DNA of 32,000 bases, from NCBI RefSeq assembly GCF_021054785.1, contig NZ_CP088239.1, forward strand, positions 1,200,001 to 1,232,000. The letters are read 5' to 3'. Both the position numbers and the translations under genes were made by a program. The DNA is from Tannockella kyphosi. GTDB lineage: Bacteria; Bacillota_I; Bacilli_A; Erysipelotrichales; Coprobacillaceae. Below, in pieces: positions 8,395 to 15,341 of the stretch. Below the pieces are notes generated by a model. It made no database searches, was not told the origin of the DNA, and worked only from the letters and a program-made list of their open reading frames with translations. Each line of letters opens with the position of its first letter. Within the stretch, counting starts at the first letter, position 1.

Positions 8395-9153
8395 CTATAA
8401 AAGCCCTAAATACCACTGCAATATAACTTCTCCATAAAAAACACTAAAATAACAACTAATACATAAAGCTGGTCCAAAAGGCATATAAATATCTTTTTGT
8501 TTTTTTATAAATAATAAATAAATTGCTTGCATTCCTCCTATTATAATTGCAAAAATAAATGCCATTATAACAAGCTTTAGACCTAATAAAAAACCACAAG
8601 CCATCATTAATTTAATATCTCCACCACCAAATCCACCATTTTTTATAAGTGACACAACCAACATCATACCACTAACACTTAAAAATCCTAAACTTCTATT
8701 GAATAGTGATATCTCTGGTTGTAAAAAAGCAATAATAATTGCATTTATCATAATAAGTAAAATAAGAGAATCTGGTAAGATCATACAATCAATATCAATA
8801 AACATTAATATCAGTAATAAGGATGCAAAAATACAATAGAAAATACTAATTATTTGAAATCCAAATTGATAAAAAGTAAATCCCCATAAGACTCCTGTAA
8901 GCAATTCTATGATTGGATATCTTATCGATATCTTAGTACCACAATGACGACATTTCCCTTTTAAAAACAAATAACTCACCACTGGTATTAAATCATAAGA
9001 CTTTATTTTATTTTGACAAGATGGGCATTTTGAACGTCCTAGTACTATACTTAGATGCTTTGGTAAACGATAAATAATAACATTAAAAAAGCTCCCAAAA
9101 ATCATTCCTACTACAAATACGATTAAATACCCTAATAATTCAATTATTAACAT
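8395..9153 (-). CDS. pilD: prepilin peptidase (A24 family, PilD)
   Basis: CPSC...CRHCG zinc motif, the GGGDIKLM aspartate motif, and a polytopic layout. Start set at the ATG at 9153 (AAGGAG RBS) rather than the GTG at 9159. Confidence 0.85.
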   Translation of the reverse strand: MLIIELLGYLIVFVVGMIFGSFFNVIIYRLPKHLSIVLGRSKCPSCQNKIKSYDLIPVVSYLFLKGKCRHCGTKISIRYPIIELLTGVLWGFTFYQFGFQIISIFYCIFASLLLILMFIDIDCMILPDSLILLIMINAIIIAFLQPEISLFNRSLGFLSVSGMMLVVSLIKNGGFGGGDIKLMMACGFLLGLKLVIMAFIFAIIIGGMQAIYLLFIKKQKDIYMPFGPALCISCYFSVFYGEVILQWYLGLL

Positions 9154-9167
9154 CTTCACTCCTTTTA

Positions 9168-10847
9168 TTAAATATCAAAAGCAGTATGCTTTTGATATTC
9201 ATCAATGGAAGTAACTCCCTCCACTACTAATTCATAAATATCTTCTTTAATAAAATTCATTTTTCCTGTTTCTTTTATATAATCATATAACTTTTCAGTT
9301 GATTCTTCATGACTTATCATAGAACGCATTATTTTATCTATTTCTAATACTTCATGGACTGCAATTCTTCCCTTATATCCCGTTTGATTACAAGCACTAC
9401 ATCCTGAACCATGATAGAAATGTTCTACATCTGGAAACATTGCTTTTTGTTGATCAGTAGGGACATATTCTTCTTTACAAAATGGACATATCTTCTTTAC
9501 TAAACGTTGTGCTACGACACCTGCTAATGAATTGGCTAGTAAATAACTTTTTACTCCCATATCACTTAGACGAACAATAGAACTAATGGCGTCATTTGTA
9601 TGCAATGTTGATAAAACTAAATGTCCTGTGATTGCAGCACTAACAGCTATTTGTGCTGTTTCACTATCTCTTGTTTCTCCTACTAAAATCACATCTGGAT
9701 CTTGACGTAACATGGAACGTAAACCTGAACTAAATGTTAATCCTGCTTTTGGATTTACTTGTACTTGTGTAACGCCTTTGATATTTCTTTCAATAGGATC
9801 TTCTATTGTGGAGATATTGATAGGCTTTTTTTGCATTTGTTCTAAGACCATATATAAGGTAGTTGTCTTACCAGAACCTGTTGGTCCTGTGATATATACA
9901 ATACCATGAGGATTTAATAATATTTTTTGAAGTAAATCATAATTCTTTTGACTCATCCCATAAGTTTGATCATTATCTAATTTAATTTGTTGTGATAAAA
10001 AACGTAATACTATTTTTTCACCAAAAGGAGAAGGCATTGTTGATACACGAATTCCAACATCTTTCCCTGCAACTTGTACTTTAAAGTTACCATCTTGTGG
10101 CATTCTTCTTTCTGCTATATCTAATTCTGCTAAAATCTTAACACGAGTAGCTAATTGCATTGCCAAAGCAGGATCTAATTCCATATAGGGTACTAATTGT
10201 CCATCACTACGGAAACGAATTTGTAACACATCATCAAAAGGCTCTATATGAATATCAGATACGCCTTCCGAATATGCTTTTAATAATAATGTATTTACTA
10301 ATTTAATAATTGGAGAATCTTGTCCTCCTAATTCAATATCAATATCCATAATTTCATTATGTTGGTAAATACGAGCATCTTCACCGGCACTACTAGCTGC
10401 TAATCTTGCATCAATTTCTGCATAAGATTGACGGATCATTTGGGTTAATGCTTCTTTATGGCATAAAACAACAATGGCATCTCCATCAAAAAAAGATTTC
10501 ATATCTTCAATACCATAAAAATCCAAAGGATCATTTAACGCTAAAACAACACTTGTTCCTTTTTTATCAATAGGTAGCATATAATGTTTCATACTTACAC
10601 TTTTTGGTACTAACTCAACTACCTTTAAGTTTACATTCGTAGTTTTTAAATCTATTATTTCTACATTCAACCTTTTCCCTAAAGCTTCTAATAACTGAGT
10701 TTCACTAATAAATCCCATTTCTAATAGAACTTCACCAAGGCGTTTTGATTTGTTTGTTTGTTGGAAAGTGATTGCTAAATTTAACTGATCACTGCTAATA
10801 TAACCAGATTCTAGTAAGACATCACCTAATCGTATATTTGCTTTCAT
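9168..10847 (-). CDS. pilB: GspE/PilB family type IV pilus assembly ATPase
   Basis: 559 aa. Walker A GPTGSGKTTT, Walker B-like DPDVILVGETRD, His box LVLSTLHTND, and a C-terminal tetracysteine CPFC...CSAC. N-terminal tandem RLGxxLL motifs. Confidence 0.9.
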   Translation of the reverse strand: MKANIRLGDVLLESGYISSDQLNLAITFQQTNKSKRLGEVLLEMGFISETQLLEALGKRLNVEIIDLKTTNVNLKVVELVPKSVSMKHYMLPIDKKGTSVVLALNDPLDFYGIEDMKSFFDGDAIVVLCHKEALTQMIRQSYAEIDARLAASSAGEDARIYQHNEIMDIDIELGGQDSPIIKLVNTLLLKAYSEGVSDIHIEPFDDVLQIRFRSDGQLVPYMELDPALAMQLATRVKILAELDIAERRMPQDGNFKVQVAGKDVGIRVSTMPSPFGEKIVLRFLSQQIKLDNDQTYGMSQKNYDLLQKILLNPHGIVYITGPTGSGKTTTLYMVLEQMQKKPINISTIEDPIERNIKGVTQVQVNPKAGLTFSSGLRSMLRQDPDVILVGETRDSETAQIAVSAAITGHLVLSTLHTNDAISSIVRLSDMGVKSYLLANSLAGVVAQRLVKKICPFCKEEYVPTDQQKAMFPDVEHFYHGSGCSACNQTGYKGRIAVHEVLEIDKIMRSMISHEESTEKLYDYIKETGKMNFIKEDIYELVVEGVTSIDEYQKHTAFDI

Positions 10848-10955
10848 AATACCTCTCCTATCTTTGATGCTATAGATAGCTTAATCTTATCATAATTTTA
10901 CAAATTTGTATTCTTTTGCACACTATTTCTACATTTTTTCTCTTCGTTTAAACAC

Positions 10956-10993
10956 AATAAAAAGATGATAGCCTTAAACTATCACCTTTTTTT
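10956..10993 (-). terminator. candidate terminator after the zinc-ribbon membrane protein gene
   Basis: On the minus strand, GGTGATAG-TTTAAGG-CTATCATC followed by TTTTT. One mismatch in the stem. Confidence 0.45.
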
Positions 10994-10997
10994 ATTT

Positions 10998-11684
10998 TTA
11001 TAAGAATGAGAATAATGAGAAACTACTCATTAAGCTACTAATATAATTCATTACAATGGTACTAAATAACCATGCTCCAACAATAACAGAAGTAATTGTA
11101 ATTGCCGATGCAACATTATTTCTACCTCTTAGTTCACTACGAATAATTTCATTTGTATATAATAACCAAAGCACTAAACCTGCCACATAGACAACACTCA
11201 TTAATGTTGCTGATAAATAAGAACAGATAGCTCCGATTAGTTGTAAACAAGTAATAGGTAAATGAGCTAATCCCATTTTTGCTACCAAACTTAATAAGTA
11301 ATCTTTATCATGTTTTTTAGTAGCAATAGCAATACCACCAACATAAAGTACGACTGACATTATAATCAAACACCCTAGTATTACTGCAGCTCCTGATTTT
11401 ATTGATGATCCATAATCACCTAAATTAATCAAGAAACAAGATAAAATAGAAACTGCTAATGCTCCTCCACCAACTATTAATGATTCTTTTAAATCACTTG
11501 ATTTTATAGAACGAGTAACACTATATGGATTTTTTAAAACTCCTAAAGCTATTCTTTTAAATTTTTCAACTGGTACTTCTGGAGTAGCAGGCTCTGCTAC
11601 TTCATTACAACAAGCTTTACATGATTCACATTGACAAACACCATCAACTAATAATTCTCCACAATATTTACAATATTTTTTCAT
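10998..11684 (-). CDS. zinc-ribbon domain-containing polytopic membrane protein
   Basis: N-terminal YCKYCG...CQCESCKACC, then about five hydrophobic segments. GGGGAGAG RBS. Confidence 0.7.
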   Translation of the reverse strand: MKKYCKYCGELLVDGVCQCESCKACCNEVAEPATPEVPVEKFKRIALGVLKNPYSVTRSIKSSDLKESLIVGGGALAVSILSCFLINLGDYGSSIKSGAAVILGCLIIMSVVLYVGGIAIATKKHDKDYLLSLVAKMGLAHLPITCLQLIGAICSYLSATLMSVVYVAGLVLWLLYTNEIIRSELRGRNNVASAITITSVIVGAWLFSTIVMNYISSLMSSFSLFSFL

Positions 11685-11700
11685 TTTTCTCTCCCCTTTT

Positions 11701-13671
11701 CTATTCTACTTCTGCGCCACAGGCACAACAATAAACACTATCACTATCAATTTCTTGTCCACATTCTTCACAATACATTGTATCTAATACTTCTTCTTGT
11801 ACTGTTTCTTGCATACCTTCTTGAACTTCTTGTACTTCTTGCACACCTTCTTGCACTTCTTGAGTTACTTCTTGTTCTTCAATAGCAGTTGGTTTCTTTG
11901 AACCCAACATTCCTTTTTTCTTAGCAATAAATAATCCACCAGCAATGACTCCAACAATAGCAAGATAAATTATAACAGCAAAGATATTTGTATAAGTTCC
12001 AGTATAACTAGCAGTTCCACTTAATCCACTAAATTCTTCTGTAAAATTACTTCCTTCAATTACTGCATTCGAACTAGTTCCTAATAATAAACTATATAAA
12101 CTACTTAAATCACTATCATAATCTTCAAGTTCTTCCTGTGATGCAAATAAACCTAAATCAGCAGTATAAGTTAATACAAAATCATCATTACGATAATCAA
12201 CAATCTCGTAATAATAGAAATAATCACTAAATACAAATTCTTTTGTTAAAGAAAATAATCCACCTTCATCACTATATACAAAACTATCTCCTTCTCCAAA
12301 TAAGTAATTACTAGAAGCAATAATTTCTTCTTGTGTTCCAGTTTGAGTAATAATTATTTGTAATTGATCATCTTTTTCCTTTGTATCAATGTCATATCCT
12401 GTTACATCTTGTTCAACTAAATTACCTTCATCATCATATTCAGGATAAACACCTGCTTCTAAACTAGCAACAATTGAATCAATCTTTTCATCTTCAGGAA
12501 TACCATCTAAATAAATAGTAGTTGTTCTAGTAATATCACTAGAAAACATTGAATTATCTAAATGTACATCCATTTTAGCAACATAATATACATGTTCTAA
12601 ACTATAGTTAACTAATTCCACTTCATCATTAATATAACTATCAAGAATTAAATAATATCCATCATCATTTTGTTCACAATAAGCAACATTTGATCCAGTA
12701 TAATTACTAAATTCATATTCTTCATCATAATGAACCCAATAATATAAGTCTGTACTTCCTGATGTATCACTAAACATACCAAAAGCTAATCCTTCTTTTA
12801 GTGTATTAGCATCTACAAAAACACTACTAGAATCTTCTGTAAGTTCGATATAAGCAGCTTCATTATCTAAGAATGCAGCAGTTATACTTGCTAGATCTTC
12901 TAACGTAGTACTTTCTATTTCTAAAACAAATGTTTTAGAAGATGTTCCTTCTACCCATTGTCCTGATGCTCCATCAGGTACTAAATCTTCAAAATGTTGA
13001 ATAATTTCTTCTTCATTTAATGATAATGCAGCATTTGTAATTTCTACTTCAACAGTACGTACATATTCATCTAATGAAATAATGTCTGTATAGAATGTAA
13101 ATGATTCAATAGAAACATATTCCATTGTATCTACATCGATTGTATCTGATCCACTATAAGAGTTTTCACCAACAATAACAGTAGATGTACCTATTTCAAA
13201 GACATAACTTGTTTGAGATGATGTAATTAAACCTGCATCATATAAAGCAGTAGGCATCCATGAAAGTAAATCTGTAGTAGAAAAACTTTCTGTTACTTTC
13301 ATACCTGTTGTTAAAGGATTTTCAGCCTCTAAAATAACAATCGATTCATCCTCCCCAGTAATCGATTCTACTTGTAATTCATAATCTTCAATTGACTCAA
13401 AAGATAACACTACTTCATAAGACACAGTTTCTTCGTCATATGTAATTGATAAACTAGCTGGTGCAGTAGCATTAATAACAGTATTAATATCTTCCATCGT
13501 ACCATCAAATTCATCTGCTACAACATCCTGGTCAACCACAACATACATCACACGTGATCCACTCATGTCCTCATTGAATGTTAACTCCGTATTTACCACA
13601 GATGCATCACTACATCCACATATCATTACAATAAGCATTAACGTGGCAAAAACACTTAAAATTTTCTTCAT
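11701..13671 (-). CDS. putative lipoprotein with a large acidic ectodomain, C-terminal TM and cytoplasmic zinc ribbon
   Basis: Start set at the ATG at 13671 (GGGAGAG RBS), giving MKKILSVFATLMLIVMICGC, a lipobox-like signal. C-terminal TM IFAVIIYLAIVGVIAGGLFIA, then a QEV-rich repeat and YCEECG...CCACG. Confidence 0.7.
   Translation of the reverse strand: MKKILSVFATLMLIVMICGCSDASVVNTELTFNEDMSGSRVMYVVVDQDVVADEFDGTMEDINTVINATAPASLSITYDEETVSYEVVLSFESIEDYELQVESITGEDESIVILEAENPLTTGMKVTESFSTTDLLSWMPTALYDAGLITSSQTSYVFEIGTSTVIVGENSYSGSDTIDVDTMEYVSIESFTFYTDIISLDEYVRTVEVEITNAALSLNEEEIIQHFEDLVPDGASGQWVEGTSSKTFVLEIESTTLEDLASITAAFLDNEAAYIELTEDSSSVFVDANTLKEGLAFGMFSDTSGSTDLYYWVHYDEEYEFSNYTGSNVAYCEQNDDGYYLILDSYINDEVELVNYSLEHVYYVAKMDVHLDNSMFSSDITRTTTIYLDGIPEDEKIDSIVASLEAGVYPEYDDEGNLVEQDVTGYDIDTKEKDDQLQIIITQTGTQEEIIASSNYLFGEGDSFVYSDEGGLFSLTKEFVFSDYFYYYEIVDYRNDDFVLTYTADLGLFASQEELEDYDSDLSSLYSLLLGTSSNAVIEGSNFTEEFSGLSGTASYTGTYTNIFAVIIYLAIVGVIAGGLFIAKKKGMLGSKKPTAIEEQEVTQEVQEGVQEVQEVQEGMQETVQEEVLDTMYCEECGQEIDSDSVYCCACGAEVE
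11791..11880 (-). repeat. in-frame low-complexity repeat encoding EEQEVTQEVQEGVQEVQEVQEGMQETVQEE
   Basis: Reiterated CAAGAAG(T/G)N units, read directly. Confidence 0.7.
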
Positions 13672-13783
13672 TTCTCTCTCCCTTTCTAAAATATTAATGA
13701 TAATTAAATAATCCATCATCACCATATTTTAACCATAAATATACCATAATTATCTACCATAAAGCTGATAAAATCAAGCATTA

Positions 13784-14752
13784 TTATGATTGTATAGAAT
13801 TTGTTGCAACAAATTCTACTTTTAACAATATAAAAGTTTCTACTTCTTTTAATAAAACAAATAACTTAGCTCTTTCTTCAAATTCCATTCTTTCTTCAGG
13901 CAATGGACTAGACTTTAAATCATCCATTAATAAATATAACTTCTCTAACAATAATTCACCCGTATTATCTTGGTGAAATGATTGTGCTACTTCTTCTAAT
14001 AAATCAGAAACTTGTTTTGCAGTAATTGGGGCACTATGCATCGTATCAATTCTTTGATGCATGGCATATAAAACATGAAATTGTTTTTCTCTCATTTCAA
14101 GATATTCATTGTCTTTTCGATCAACATTGGATAATTGGTTCATATAGTTCGTTTCTGCTATGTTTTTAGCAATACGCAACGAATATTCCAAATCATGAAA
14201 ACACTGTCCTCCATTACTAGGAAACTGCTTATCAACGATTCTAAGTGACATACGATGTAAAATCTCTTTCATTTGTTGATCTGTTTCTTCTTTCATTTTT
14301 GTTATATAAGCATCATCCTTATGTAGATGTGCATTAACAAACATTGCCAAGCTAATTCCTATCAAAAACAATAAAATTTCATTCCCTATATTTTGTGTAT
14401 TCATAGAACTATGAATAAAATGAGAAATTAATACAGAATCAACTGCCATTGCACTTTTCCATTGGAAATGTTGACATACAACAATAAACAATAACAAGTA
14501 GATATAAAAAGAAAGATACCCATAACCAACTATTTCAAAACACAAAAAAGCAATAACTAAAGCAACTATAAAAGCTATCAAACGTTGACTTGCTGTTGCA
14601 ATCGTTTCTTTCTTTGTCGGTGCTACTGACAAAATAGCAACAACTCCTGCTGATACAGGATAATCTAATTGTAAATAATTAGCACATACAATCGATAAAA
14701 TAGCTGCAAAAGCTATTTTTAATGCATTAACATATTTTTGATTTATATTCAT
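13784..14752 (-). CDS. aromatic acid exporter (ArAE_1 / YgaE-like) family membrane protein
   Basis: 322 aa. N-terminal half has ~4-5 TM segments (KIAFAAILSIV...GVVAILSV...TASQRLIAFIVALVIAF). The soluble helical C-terminal half is typical of this family, from memory. Confidence 0.6.
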   Translation of the reverse strand: MNINQKYVNALKIAFAAILSIVCANYLQLDYPVSAGVVAILSVAPTKKETIATASQRLIAFIVALVIAFLCFEIVGYGYLSFYIYLLLFIVVCQHFQWKSAMAVDSVLISHFIHSSMNTQNIGNEILLFLIGISLAMFVNAHLHKDDAYITKMKEETDQQMKEILHRMSLRIVDKQFPSNGGQCFHDLEYSLRIAKNIAETNYMNQLSNVDRKDNEYLEMREKQFHVLYAMHQRIDTMHSAPITAKQVSDLLEEVAQSFHQDNTGELLLEKLYLLMDDLKSSPLPEERMEFEERAKLFVLLKEVETFILLKVEFVATNSIQS

Positions 14753-14823
14753 ATTTATCTCCCAACACTTGTTTATATTAGGTTATTGTACCTATTTTTT
14801 TAATAAATTACTATCATTTAATA

Positions 14824-14858
14824 TAAAAAAAAGAAAGACGTGGTATCTTCGTCTTTCT
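14824..14858 (-). terminator. strong rho-independent terminator 70 nt upstream of the ArAE gene start (leader terminator)
   Basis: On the minus strand, AGAAAGACG-AAGATACCA-CGTCTTTCT followed by TTTTTTTT. Confidence 0.75.
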
Positions 14859-15190
14859 AATTAATTGAAATAGTTTCCTACATCCCGTTGTTTTATTAGT
14901 AGACATCAAGTGGTATCTTCTCTATTCTAATAACAAAACATGTATTTACTATTCAATAATGATAGCTATTGTTGCCCATTAACTAGTGTTTATTAAGTCC
15001 ATCGAAAAGGGGAGGAGATAGTCTTAATAAAATAAAAACCAACTACATACACATTGATTAACAATGTCTGTGCAGCTGGCTAACTTGTAATGTAAGTCCC
15101 TATAGTTTTGTGTCACCACCTCACGATGGTTTTACCGATGTATTTGATTTTACTAGGTCCGTTTGTATTATTATTGCGGGCCCTATCACA
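14859..15190 (-). promoter_or_regulatory. unclassified ~330-nt leader / candidate cis-regulatory RNA (riboswitch- or attenuator-like)
   Basis: Bounded by a good promoter (15196-15223) and the terminator (14824-14858). No convincing ORF. Locally more G+C-rich segments (GGGCCCGC, GAGGTGGTG, CTCCTCCCC). Possible helices: ACATTG/CAATGT, and CCATCG (about 15122-15127) with CGATGG (about 14999-15004). Confidence 0.35.
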
Positions 15191-15195
15191 CGTAT

Positions 15196-15223
15196 ATAAT
15201 AGCATATATTTTTTTAAATGCAA
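15196..15223 (-). promoter_or_regulatory. candidate sigma-A promoter with extended -10 (TTGCAT-16-TGCTATTAT)
   Basis: On the minus strand, TTGCAT is at 15218-15223, TATTAT at 15196-15201 and the TG at 15203-15204. Confidence 0.45.
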
Positions 15224-15341
15224 GCAATTTGCATCATTTTTTTAAAAAATATACTATTTTAGTATGAATGAAGCTTTTTTAGTTGATAAAATCAACATAA
15301 TTTGGATTTATACAGGTATTTATTAACTCTTTTATCCAAAA

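Noticed and set aside
3420-10847. Interpreting the pilin/ATPase cluster as a ComG competence pseudopilus or a type II secretion system.
   Set aside because: ComG operons lack PilM/N/O-like genes and usually an in-operon peptidase. There is no secretin or GspL/M, as expected for a Gram-positive. The gene set fits a type IV pilus.
11791-11880. The periodic CAAGAAG repeats as a non-coding tandem repeat or CRISPR-like array.
   Set aside because: The tract is in frame within a long ORF, its units are too short and contiguous without spacers, and it simply encodes a Q/E/V low-complexity linker.
14859-15190. Possible tmRNA, RNase P RNA, SRP RNA, 6S RNA or T-box in the long intergenic region.
   Set aside because: I could not find the hallmark sequences on either strand. 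Missing are the GGGG...UUCGA start and CCACCA-type end of tmRNA, GAGGAAAGUCC followed by ACAnAA..GGCUUA in the RNase P order, the SRP GGAAG-CAGCC loop, and the T-box GGUGGUACCGCG. AAGTCCAT and ACAAAACATG do occur on the plus strand, but in the wrong order. The region is kept only as an unclassified leader candidate.
15218-15265. Two small hairpins (ATGCAA-GCAAT-TTGCAT and ATACTA-TTT-TAGTAT) as terminators of the FecR-domain gene.
   Set aside because: The stems are 6 bp and almost entirely A/T, so predicted stability is poor. The first also coincides with the -35 of the better-supported leader promoter.
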